In this document: piece after piece, positions 28,001-41,157 of the stretch | How the letters are laid out: each line of letters opens with the position of its first letter | Position numbering within the stretch: the stretch's first letter is position 1 | DNA from: Bugula neritina | Taxonomy: Eukaryota; Animalia; Bryozoa | Length of the DNA: 64,000 bases | NCBI GenBank assembly: GCA_964035545.1 | Contig: OZ037765.1 | Span: 30,317,504 to 30,381,503, forward strand | Reading direction: 5' to 3' | The notes under the pieces: model-generated | The model's input: the letters and a program-made list of their open reading frames with translations, nothing else | Database searches by the model: none | Told to the model about the DNA's origin: nothing | Position numbers and translations under genes: made by a program

Positions 28001-31000
28001 CTCCACTTATATTTTTTTTAGCATAACCAGGTTTACATTCTGTTATATTGCAGGTATACGTAACGCCGGTAGTAGCATTGAACTCATCGCCGGGTACATC
28101 TATACACGTTCCTTCGTCACAGAGATTATCCGAACATCCATCAAAATCCTCGTCACATGTACTTCCTTAATAACATAATTTGTCTCATATTGTATAATTG
28201 TTTATTATATGCATTTTCAGGACTAAAATAACATAAAGCCATATGTTTTAGTTGAACAGAAATTATTTTCATATTTAGTTATGAAATGAATTTGAAAATC
28301 TTTTGCGAAAAGGCAATATTTGCAGACTTACCAACATAGCCTGGGTCACAATCACATTCCACTATCCCAAAGCTAGGGTTGGGGTCACCAGAGTCCCGGG
28401 GAGCTAGCTTGTTGAAGTTTGAGAGGCCATTTTGACACAAAGGGCTTAGCCTAACAGAGACTTCAAACACGGGAGAAACGCTAACATTCTGACCAAGGTT
28501 GTCACTTGTAACGGCAATAAACCTGTATGAAAAACAGAACTAATTGCATACAAAATATTCCTAATGTAATTAATAAAACTATGCACTTCATTATTTATCT
28601 AACTTTTTAATGCTGTTACAATAACCTCAAATTTTACAAAATTACAAACTTAAACTATCTATTTAACTGCTGTCAAAAAATCTGATCTTTTTAAGTATTT
28701 AGTCCAATCTCACTTACTTGATAGAAAAGTTGTTGGATTCAGATTGGTAAGCTGACAGATCTTCTGGTATCCAAGTAAAGTTATAATCAGTATCGATTCC
28801 CGTGTACTCAAAGGTGGCTGAGTCGGGTTTAGACAAGACGTAAAGAGTGACGGTGTCATTGCCGGTGTAGTTTGACGAGTAAATAGCTGTGACTGGTTCA
28901 CTCACAGTTGCATTGAAACTACTCATACCCAGAATAAATGGTACAGATGTGCCTGTAGACGATATAACACCGGATTACCTTAAGTTGAAAGGCATAAATA
29001 AAAAAGGGTAAACATTGTAAGAGAAATATTTTTAAATTGATTAAAAAGGTATATCTACAAAATATCTAAAATATAAGTTAGTAGGTGGCAAATCATAAAT
29101 GATATAATAAAAAATATTAATTATTTAATATTTAATTAGTATTTGTAAATATATATGATATGATATGAGCAAATGAATTAATTAAAATCAAGCTGACCTA
29201 AAACTTTCACTTTTTCCTCCACATCGCGTTTTGTGCCGAGAGTCTCAGCTCCGAATCGAGTGTCGTTAGTCATGAATATATCGAATTCGCAGAGCATGTC
29301 GCCATCGCATACAGATATGTCAATATTACTCGTGTCAAGGTCATTTAAAAATAACGGCTCAAAGTTGAGATCAGTGTAAGAAGCAGACGTGAAGCCAAAT
29401 GGATACCAAAAGATGGACTCCGACTCCTTTATTCGCCCTAGACAATGGAAATTTACAAATTGAAATCTTATTAAATTAGAATATTAAATAATTCTATATA
29501 TTATTATATAATTTTTATATTTACAGTTTACAGTTATCTCAACAAGGCCATGAGATACTTTTTTAACTTAGAATGTACATCTTCAGCTTTTTAGTTGATT
29601 CAGCTGTAACTTATGCAACATAACTTCAAACTTGCAAAGTAGAGATGCATAGAATGTTGAAAGCTGAAATGAACAAACTTATGTAAACTTATAAAATATT
29701 AAAATTGTAAAGCACACTTTCCATACAGTTTTTCATCATAGAACTAAATGTTTAAACATATATTATATTATACATGCAGCATATTATATGTATACAACAT
29801 ATCATATATACGATATATTTTACATCAAGCATATTACATGGACACTAGAATATCCAGGTAGTGAGGGCCAGCCATGATCTAGGGGTATACCATACAGTAG
29901 TATATTGCATGTATATATAGTATATTATACAGACAGTATATCATATAGGTAATATATTGAATGTATACATAGTATATTATATAGACAGTATATCATACAG
30001 TAATATATTGCATGTATACATAGTATATTATATAGACAGTATACCATACAGTAGTATATTGCATGTATATATAGTATATTATACAGACAGTATACCATAC
30101 AGTAGTATATTGCATGTATACATAGTATATTATATAGACAGTATATCATATAGGTAATATATTGCATGTATACATAGTATACTATATAGACAGTATATCA
30201 TACAGTAGTATATTGCATGTATACATAGTATATTATATAGACAGTATATCATACATGTTTCTCCGAACTGCTCATGAATGATGCGGTCAGTGCAGTTACT
30301 ATCAGTGACGCACACAAGTCTGCCGCTGCTATCTTGAAAGTCGTTTGTCATATCCCCGTCATAATGGCCGACAAGGCCGTCGACGAAACCCTTCATAGAT
30401 TCTGGTATAAAGCTCTGAATGCTCAGTACACTAACACGCAGGGATATTTCAAAGCTAAACCCTAAAACACAGTGAAAAGGAAGATAACAAAACATGTACT
30501 ATATAATATGCAGAATATAAGTTAGCATTAAAATATTTTATCTCTACAAACTATTAAACGCACACACGCACAAACACACGTATACATACATAAATATAGT
30601 ACATAATACATATAGTATATTACTATATATTATTGTATATTACTACATATTACTGTATATTACTATATATCATTGTATATTACTATATATTATTGTATAT
30701 TACTATATATTATTGTATATTACGATATATATCATTGTATATTACTATATATTATTGTATATTACTGTGTATTACTACATATTACTGTATATTACTAGAT
30801 ATTACTGTATATTACTATATATTATTGTATAATAATATATATTATCATATATTATTGTATATTACTACATATACTTTACCTGAGTCGAAAGAGAAAATGT
30901 ACGTGTTATTAGATAATCTCACGGTAACTCCCTCCCCTCCGTACACTGGACTTTCTGACTCCAGTCTGCTAGATATGAGTAACCCTCCAACTCGTACTTC

Positions 31001-34000
31001 AATTTCTGCATAAGAATAATCACATTACATAATACTCAGTGCCTGATCAGCCTAATCAAAAAATAAATGATCTTGTTTAGATCACTAAATATTCTCCAAC
31101 CATTTTATGGACAAAAATTTAAGTTGCGATTAAAACTTGATAGAAAATTTTTTTGCAATCACTTTGAACTCATTGTTTAGAAAAAAAAACTCTCACTCCC
31201 CCACGTGAGTTGAGTTTAGAAATATGTAATAAGAAATACATACATAACAATTACCAATGAATTAAAAGTTTCACTGCATTGGCTTAAATACAATCAGTTA
31301 TGAAACTAAACTATTTACCTGAGCGATCACTGTTAGTTTCCACATGAACAATATCGGAGAAATTGCCGTCTACTATTGACTGCATAGCAAAAGCCCCAAA
31401 CTGGGTGGCAGGGACGGTGGCGTTGGTAGTCTCACTGGTAGACAGAACCATTCTAGCTTGCATAGTAAAATTATCTGACTTTATCATCCAAAACTCTCCA
31501 ACGGGGTTGAAAGTGTAGAGAAATCCATCAACAGTGAACATGTGTGGGTCACCAAATCCACCAACTATTAATTATAGATTATATGTACATATAGAATATG
31601 TATGTATAGATTATGTATGTATAGAATATATATGTAAATTTATACAAATTTATATATTTAGAAATTTACATTAGGTATATATTCATACATAACTCTTCTA
31701 CTAAGTGCAGAGACAATAATATTATGTTTTACACAAACTTGCGGAAAAACATTAGTGCACCAAAAGTTAGCTGAGGCCCACAGAGTATAATATACAACTC
31801 AATCTGTAGAATGCAGCTGACTTATACTTTGTTCTAGCACAGAATATACCCACCCTATTTGTATGAACATACACACACACACACACAAATACCCTAGTAG
31901 ATAACATGCATAGTTAAAAGAAAAGATAAACACTAGTCATATAAAATGATCATGGTTGTTTTTTAGTATAATTGATTTAAATACTAACAAAATATTCAAC
32001 AAGATAAATTAATCTGCAAATCTGTTTTATATAGCAGACAAAATAACCTTCGCAAACAAATGTGCATAATAACTTGCTAGTATATAAATGATAAAATGTA
32101 GTAACTTACTAGGTCTTGGTGGTCGGTAGAACAAACAGTTGTCCACAGGTCTGAAAATTCTGAAGAACGAACAGAAGTCTGAGAGAACACAGCAATGTAG
32201 AAATGGCAGGAGATCTTGTGACTCATAAGATCTGGGGTTTATCAACTTGTGGTTGGCAATGGGGTAGCCCGCCCCCGCAGGGTCAGTTATCAGTGCTCCA
32301 AAAATTCCATCATAGCAGCATTTCTACAGAGATAGACAACCTAGATTGACACTATGATAAAATTGTATAGCATACGTGTAGACATATAATATGTTAATAT
32401 ATGATGAAAATATTGGCACATAAGGTTTAATAGAAAATACAGGCTGCAGGAAGTGGTAAAAAATGTTTTATCATCTTTGTTTTATGGGTTTTGCTTAAAA
32501 ACTTCTAGTGACGTCATCAATTTGCTCATTTCTTTTATACAAAATTTATACCAATATAATAATCTATAATCTATAAATAAACTAATATAGAACAAACTTG
32601 TGCTAATGCTTATCAATGCCTCTAAGATTAAGACTTGTAACATAAATAGTATAAAATATATTTTAGTAACAAAACTGTTGCATAATAAAGGCCTGGTCAT
32701 ACACTCGTGAGAATCACACGAAACCGTCTATTTGACACGAAAACACAATCGTACGAGAAAATTTGATGGAAGTCAAACAAAATTGTCTCTGTTAGGTGTA
32801 CACAACAAAGACGATGGACGAAAAATCACAATCAACGATAAGCACCATTTGATTAGTCAATAGAATTTTAGCAACAGTGATCATTTCATTTTTATCACGT
32901 TTCTCTGTTTGGCAATTTTCTGCTGTTTGTATCTCATGCAAGACTCATTAATGAACTACTTATTATGTGTTTCGTCAGATGAGTGTGTGGCTGGTCATCC
33001 CGAGAGGATAACTCACGAAAATCGTCACATTAGTTTCGTGTGATTGCCACGAGCGTGAGGCCAGGCCTTAGCACATTTCTACAGCCTAATTATCAATGGC
33101 AATGCTTCACAATGCACAAGTCAATTTATGGGACGAAAGAGAAAAGTTTTAGTAAAGCTGAACTATTGAGAGAAAAAAACAATTGTTCAAAATATGAAGC
33201 AATTTGAAGAAATACAAAAGGAATTAGACAAGTGAGCAACATCTATTGTAGTGAATACAAACCTGAAAGTATGAGGTCCATCCTTGAAAAATAGAATACT
33301 GCCATCTCCGAGTGAAACTGTAGGCGCAATCATCATTTGGATCGTAGTAAAAGCTTTGATCAATCCAAGCATTGTATCTGTTACATGGACAAGGGACAGC
33401 TAGAGAACCGGCCAGGCCGTAGGGGAAGAGGTAACGGGCCTGGTTAAGGAACCAGTTGATACACTCAGTCTCGGCTCTTCTAACAATCCCTGAAGCCACC
33501 TCAAACACCCATCTCCCTCTGATCCCTTTAAACAAACATGGTACTAAATAGAGTCTGCATGCAATGACAATGAGGGCATAACCTCTAGTTATAAACTACG
33601 CAGTTTTCTAGTTGAGTTTTCTAGAATTAAGTAATATGGTGCTACAGTGAATAAAATATTAATAAAAATTTACCACGAAGTACTGAGATATTCAACTGAC
33701 TCAAGCTGAAAGTTTAGGCTTTTAAGTCTTTTCAATGTATAGGTTGTGTGTTGCAGTGGCTAAGTTGCAATAATTACTAATAGCTTTATAATACCACGGC
33801 TTTGAGAACCAACTGAAAATGTCATTAAGCAAGCAATTGGAAATCCTAAATCAATTCAAGGCATGTTTGCACAAAATTTAGCATAAAACAAAACTTTTTG
33901 AGTGTAAAACCCCTAAGCAGTCTATAGATGACAGCTTAGATATATATGAATATTTTAATACTGGGTAGATCAAGCATGTCAGGGATTCTTTAATGGAAAC

Positions 34001-37000
34001 TCATTTTGAGGGGTAAGACAACTCCTAACACACTTACCAGTATTCGAACGAGCTCTGTCGAGTTGATCCATTCCGGGTAAACCAGATCTATAGTAAGTAA
34101 ACTTAGTTTCCCCAAAAATATCTTTGGCGTTGTATCCCATATAAACGCGTCTAATATTGTAGGGTTGTAATACCAACTGGCCCCCAGGGTAGATATACAT
34201 TGCATACGTCTTAGATCCATCCGTTACAATTGTACATTGGTATGATAGAGCCTACAAATTACACACCAGTAACATATTTACTTGAATAACAAATACACAA
34301 ATAATTCTATACCCCATGTTTCACCAAATTAGCATTAATCAAAAAAACCTACTGAATTGAGTTTGATAGATTTGTAAATTTAGCTCTGATTCTTTATAAA
34401 AACGCCAATATATCTTAGGAAGGAATTTAAAGCAACTAAAAATGATTAAAAAATAAATTTAAAATCAATAAACTAAACTAATGCTGTAAATTAAAATAAA
34501 ACAGTTGACTGTTGAAAAAAAATACTGTCAGACTTTGTAACAAATACTTTAAAAAACGTTTTAATAGAAAAACTAAATTGCATCACTAAGGTCCTATCCC
34601 ACCAAGCCTTTGCATCGGATTAACCTTTCAAAAATGGCAAAACAAGGCAAGACCCATTATAATAGAAAAGGGTTACAAAGCTTAGAAAACCCTCAAAAAT
34701 TTCAAAGTGTAACAAAAACTTCAGCTAGAAAAGTAACTCAAACCAATGAAGATAGTATGAGTTTCAGATTCAAAGTTTAATTTTTTATAGATTAAGTTTT
34801 GCCCAATGTACGATCCTTTTCTGTATTTAAAATAAATGCTGAAATTGAGGTAATTTTAATTGAGTTGGATGAAGAGATAACAAAGGGCATCACCTCTAAT
34901 TCATAATAATCATCGTATGGTGTAGGAACAGCACTTTTCCAGTGCACAACCAAAGCATAAGAGGGATCAAAGGTGGAAAGTACTTTATCCGAACTCCTTA
35001 GCAGTATCATTATTTCTTCCAGCGCCCTTACCGCCTCTTCTTGGAGTTCAGTATCGATAACCGTCTTGTCAAACTCGCTGATGGTAAGCTGCACTAGACT
35101 ATTAAAATTCAAGCCAATAAAAATAGCATAAATTTCAATACAGCGGCCAGATAAAACAAAAAAATCCAATTTCGACTGACAAAAAATATAGTTTTATTTA
35201 AGTGCTTTAAGTCACTAGTATAATATATAATTATATCATATTCTTTGAATTAAGGTTGAGTCGAGACAATATTTCAACCAATTGCATACTTACTCTTTGG
35301 AAACAGGACTAATGCTTTCTCCACCCAGATCTTGTCTTAACCAGAAAGGAGCTAAGGCAGGAACTGGTAGTAGAGGTGATTCTAGATCAATCGGTATTCT
35401 ACCAACGAATGGTGAGCCGAAGGATATGATCCCATTTGTGGATATCTGCAAAACAAGCTGGTAGTAAAATCTGCAGCTAAATAGAAAGAACTTACTTTTA
35501 TTTAGCATTTATAGTAAATATTATATACTATAGCTTCTCTAAGCTTGAAAGTATATATATGCTCAAAAAAAGGTTGAAAATATAATTACACTTTCAGTGA
35601 ATTTCATATTGATTTTACAAAGTTTTCTAATAACAATATAGATACATTTTTAAATAAAACGTTTTAAAGTGCTTGCAAAAAATCTTACCAAAAATGTATA
35701 TTTCATTTAGTACCTACATTTCATTCAATACTTACCTTTCATTTAGCATTTACATTTTGTTAAGTACTTGCAGTTCATTTAATACTTACGTGAATACTTC
35801 TATATCTACTCGTTCCAAAGGGTAACCCTTTAGGAAGGGCTCCATCAGAGACTGTATACCCAATAGTTATATCAGCAATGTTGATTGCAATAAAAGCATT
35901 GGAAGCTTGTGGAGATATAATTATATCTAAAATGAAATCAATCAGTGAGCAGACAACTTCAGTTTGAAGAGGTGAGTACTGAAGAGTTGAAGTGAAATAT
36001 GTGTCAAAATCTAGAAGGTTCTTCTAACAGATATATTCTAAAGAATCTCCTCCCAAATAGCAAACACTGCTCTTCTTAACAATTGATTTGAGTGGCAGCG
36101 CTTAATCCATCAAACACACATTACCACTACCTTTAGACTGCCTAAGTGAGTGGATAATTAGCCCACTACAGCCACCTATCTGACTGGCTTATGAAACCTT
36201 ATGTAGAATGCAGCCTGTTAGTTTATAAACTAGCTCAACATTACACTATATATTAGAAATTATGAAACAAATGTAATTGCTATAAAATGCAGATTAACAA
36301 AGATATTTAGTTACGACAAAATTAAAAATAATTAGGTTGTGTTGCATCTATTTTGTCTTGTTACATTTTCAATAAAACTTTGAAAAATATGAGCCAGAAA
36401 AAATAAACATTTGCATTTTTAGATAAGAAGCAAAGTATAAAATAATGATAATTACTAGTCATAAGATGTACTGCAGACGTACCTTTACATGCACTGGCAG
36501 ACGTGGAGCCAGTTTCATCAGTACTTCTTCCTGCGCCACATGAAGTACACAACTCAGTTCCGCTGCTCTCCTTGTATGTACCGTATGGACACGGATCACA
36601 CCGGTCTTGTGTTTGAGCTTCCTCCCCGGCAGGACAACTTCCTGTTTGAGAACCAACAATTGTACTATACGAGATGTTTACACGAGTTACAACTTTCACA
36701 CAGTCAGCATTTGGGTCCAAAGGTTATAGCTTTTACTGAGTTTATATTAGTTGGCTACTAATTAATATACTTTTAGAATATAAACAATTAGGTAAAGGTA
36801 AACAATGGACAAGTAGGAGGAAATGTTAGTAAGCTAACTAGACTTGATGCACTTTTGTATGCATGATTTCCAAAAAATAAACAATTTGATTTTCAGATTA
36901 ACATTCAATGAATATTAATGAAAGCACTTTTATACTGACATTGATAAAATCTATATGATCATTTTTCTAATGTTTGTTATTGAATGTAGTGTGAGACTTT

Positions 37001-40000
37001 CAACAAAAGAACTTTTTTATTGCCTACAATTTAGCTAAACCGGTTTTGGCAGTTTATTGCATCATGTCTCAAAGAGAAGTAGATGTAGGTAGACCAATCC
37101 TTATAAGATATAAATGAACACCCATTATTAACATAGTTCCACCGCTCTATCAAAACAACAAGTGCTTGTGTTATAATTATTGTTATTTCCATTTTGTTGC
37201 ATTGTATTACTAATTACTATCATTATGAAATAGCGTAAAGTGTTGCTGATGCAGCTACAATGTGAAGAGCCATAGGTGTGAAAACAATTTTATAATTTCA
37301 CACTTATAGCAGCCTCAGCATTCACCAAATAGTAATAATAGTTCATTAACTCTTTCAGCAACTGCTTACCCCACAGCTGGCAACAGTACTCAGGCATTCA
37401 AAGGGTTCTTATTACACACTACTTGCCCAACTAGTATCTAATACACTTACTTATGCAGTTGATGCCGTCACCAACGTAATCTTGCTGGCACACGCAACCC
37501 TCTGATGAGCAGATGCTGTAATCTGAACATGACAGCGTCTCAGTCGCAATGCTGTCAGCTCCAGAGCAAGTGTATTTACTAGAGCAGAACATGTGGTACC
37601 ATGCCTCTCCAATCTGTTTAATTATAAAGTTACATATGTATATATGTATATGTATTACACACACTCGCCACGCACACACACACACATATATATATATTTA
37701 TATACACAAGTCAGTATGAACAAAATATCATATTTGCACTGCCATATCTACATTGTTAATCTGCAAGATTGTGCTTGGTGTAGACTTTCAAGATCATAAT
37801 ATCTCCTTAGAATGCTAGTATCCTGTAACGCTACTCTCTAGCACAATTTGCAGTTTACATATTTTGATATTTTCATCCCAATACTTGCCCCCCCCCCCCC
37901 CAAAGCACAATAGGGCCAAAGAAGACTGATTAAACTGGGGGTGCTAGATTTCTCCTGTTGAAACGTTTATTTGTATCTTTTCCATTTATAATATTGAATA
38001 TAGTGAAAGTAAAGATAAATGAAAGATAAAAAAGATCTCTAAGGTTAAATAAACAGATTAAAAGATTTTCATATGTAAATAAATTTCTGGTGGATAAAAA
38101 ACAATCCAATAGGTACATTGAAAACTTATTTCTAAGGAGCTTTCTCTTCCCAAATAAGCTAATAATATTACTACAAAATTAACCATGCAAAGATTAACTG
38201 TCACAAGATGAAGCATCTAGACTCTAGAGTCTCATATAGCAAATAGTTTTGATATCATAACTTGTTCAGGACTACCAAGCGTACAACCACAAACACAACT
38301 AATGTCAATTAGTCCAAATAATGAGTATGCAGCTCAGATTGTTTTCTTTAGGATTACCTGACTATGAGTAAAAAGAATTGTTTAAATGCACTGATGAGAA
38401 TTGCAATAATGATATCACGTATGATCTTCATACAGAATGTTATCTAAATAAAAGATAATAGCACTAAGAGAGTAAGGTGTATAACTCTAACCACAGCAGC
38501 AACGGTTAGCTTAAATGAAAAATATTCCGTTGGTTTTTCAGTTTCCCAACTACTTGCTAAAATGGTAACAACACTTAGTACATCTATGAGCCTCAGTAGC
38601 TACTGTAGGAAGAGAATTTAGTAAAATAGAATAGATACACTTTAAATAGTAACTTGAAATCCATGTATTAAACAAAGGAAGAAATTGTATGCCTTCCTAT
38701 TGTACAACTGAATGAAATTTAAAGTTGTGGATAAATTGTAGAACTGAATAACAAGGTAGCAGATGAAAGATAATGATAAATTATGACAAAAAAACCACAA
38801 TATGTGTTTTTTAGTATAGTATTATGTGGTATGTATAGTATATATTATGTGGCATATATAATATAATACTATATATAGTATATATTATGTGGCATATATA
38901 GTATATATTATTATATAGTATATATAGTATAGTATTATGTGGTATGTATAGTATATATTATGTGGCATATATAATATAATAATATATATAGTATATATTA
39001 CAGTATATATTATGTGGTCCATATCTTTAGCCATAAAGTCTATAACATGTTGACTATCCTATCTACATTGCTATACACTACCTTATGTCATGCCATACAA
39101 CACCTATACAATGCAATGTATGAATTCACACCTTATAATATCTTCCAGTGCTTGGGTCAGTGCAGCCACAACTTGAAGTAGAAACACAACTACTTCCTTC
39201 CTTAGACTCACTATCTAGACAGACGCAGCCATCTAGACCAGTCTGGTCGCACCTGTCAGTGGCCAAGCCACATACGTTGGGACAGTATGGTCCATCTGTG
39301 CTGTATGTACTACCACCAGTACAAGAAAGGGCTGGAAAACCAACAGTTGTGACTTTATGTAACTATTCAATGAGAATTTCGAACTAAAATATTGGTTACT
39401 GGGATTTGAGAAGGTCACTCTTATACCAAATTTACAAAAAATAATTGTCAAGTTGCTTTACATTATGAAAATATTGTAAGAACTTAGCCTTGAACTTAAT
39501 GCAACTAATATTTAAAATACTTGAACATAAAGTATTTTAACTGTTTTTTTTCCAAAACAAAGTATGAGTACTTGATATTATTGTAACAAACAAATATCAG
39601 CAGAAAATCTGATTTTCTAAAATGTACTGTCTAGTTAATCCCCACTCAATATTTATAGTTTTGCATTTTTTGCACTCCACCAGAAATTGTCAAGTTGACC
39701 AGTTCTACAAAGAGCTTTTGAGAAAAAAATTATGCGCATGACTCTATTTATAAATTCGACAAGGTCTACTTCTCCTTTGCATCAAAAATAAACTTTTCCT
39801 TAAATATAATTATTCCAGCAAACTTACGTGCAGAATAATCTTGTCTCCAATTAGTGCCAATAGAAGAATTATATTTTTTACAAATATCTACGAACACCTC
39901 AGTGATAGCATTCAAAGCTGTTTTGGCCAAGGCATCGCTCCTTGCACAGTTACTCAAGTCTAAAAAAGTATTGAAGTTACTACGGTTGTTGCATTAAACT

Positions 40001-41118
40001 AACTTCTCCATCTAAATTAAAATATTTTGTTTTGATGATACATCGTCCGTTCAAATAACCCATACTTGCTTTTTTTCTCATTAAAAAGTGAAATAGCAGC
40101 AACATGTATTTTTGAAAAGTAATCATTTACCATATTGCTTTTTAAATATCAATAGTAAATAATAAATAGTAATAGTAAATATCAATAGTAAATAGAATTA
40201 AAACAAAAGCATCATTAAGCATATATTTGAAATTTGGTAAATTGTAGACTACCAGCAGATTTGATCAAATAAAACAACACAAGCCAACATCAAATTTATT
40301 TCTTTATTTTTGAGTACCATAAATGGCTTCAACTAAAGGGATGTTGATTTAAGTGCAATGGTTGATATATTGAGATAGCCTAAGTTCTTTAATTTTTGGA
40401 TAAATATTGCTTTGGGCTGCAGGTTGAAATTCTTCCAAGTACTACATTCATAATTTAGAACACAGGCTTTTCTCAAATTCTCCATCACTGCACCTATGTA
40501 CCTCGATGCCTGAATTAGAAAAAACCCGAAAAACATACAAGGAAAAAAGTTTATGGTAAATGTACAAAAAAATAGCACTCACTGTCTTCGCAGGAGCTGG
40601 TGGTGTTCTCACTGGGTATGGAAGTCAAATAGTTCTCACAATAATCATAAACACAGATACCGTAGAAGCTATTGGTCAGTGAAGTCTGACTCACTACACA
40701 ATCGGAGAACTCCGCACTCCCGCTTCCTTTGTAAACTCCGCACAATTCTGGTCCAAGTAATATCAACTCCTCATCCTCCACTCTCTCGCAGGAGGATGCG
40801 TAGAATGGGGCAATAATCTGACCTTGATATTCTCTAAAACAGTGAAAAAAAGGAAGTTAATTTTGGTTTACGGAAATAATTTCTCACCAATAATAAATAA
40901 ACCAATTTTTATATTCATAATGATTTCTCGGAGCCACACAATAAAGTAATTAAACATTTAATTAATTCTAGTTTATTCAGATTTACTGGCATACAACACA
41001 TAAATATTAACAATTAATTGAATTTGTAATTCAGTTTGGTTTTTAATCCTGCAGTGAGAATCCTACTTAGTAAAATATTGTTCACAACAAAACTATATAA
41101 TATATAGTTTTGTTGTTT

Positions 41119-41157
<39 letters not shown>

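Noticed and set aside
35980-38400. Other CTGANGA occurrences as hammerheads (e.g. ~35980, ~37502, ~38391)
   Set aside because: No stem II followed by GAAA, or located within coding exons.
40385-40509. Possible mutually exclusive C8 exon ([16 protein letters not shown]...)
   Set aside because: That frame needs phase 0, but the upstream exon ends in phase 1; the phase-1 reading stops after ~20 codons and there is no good donor.
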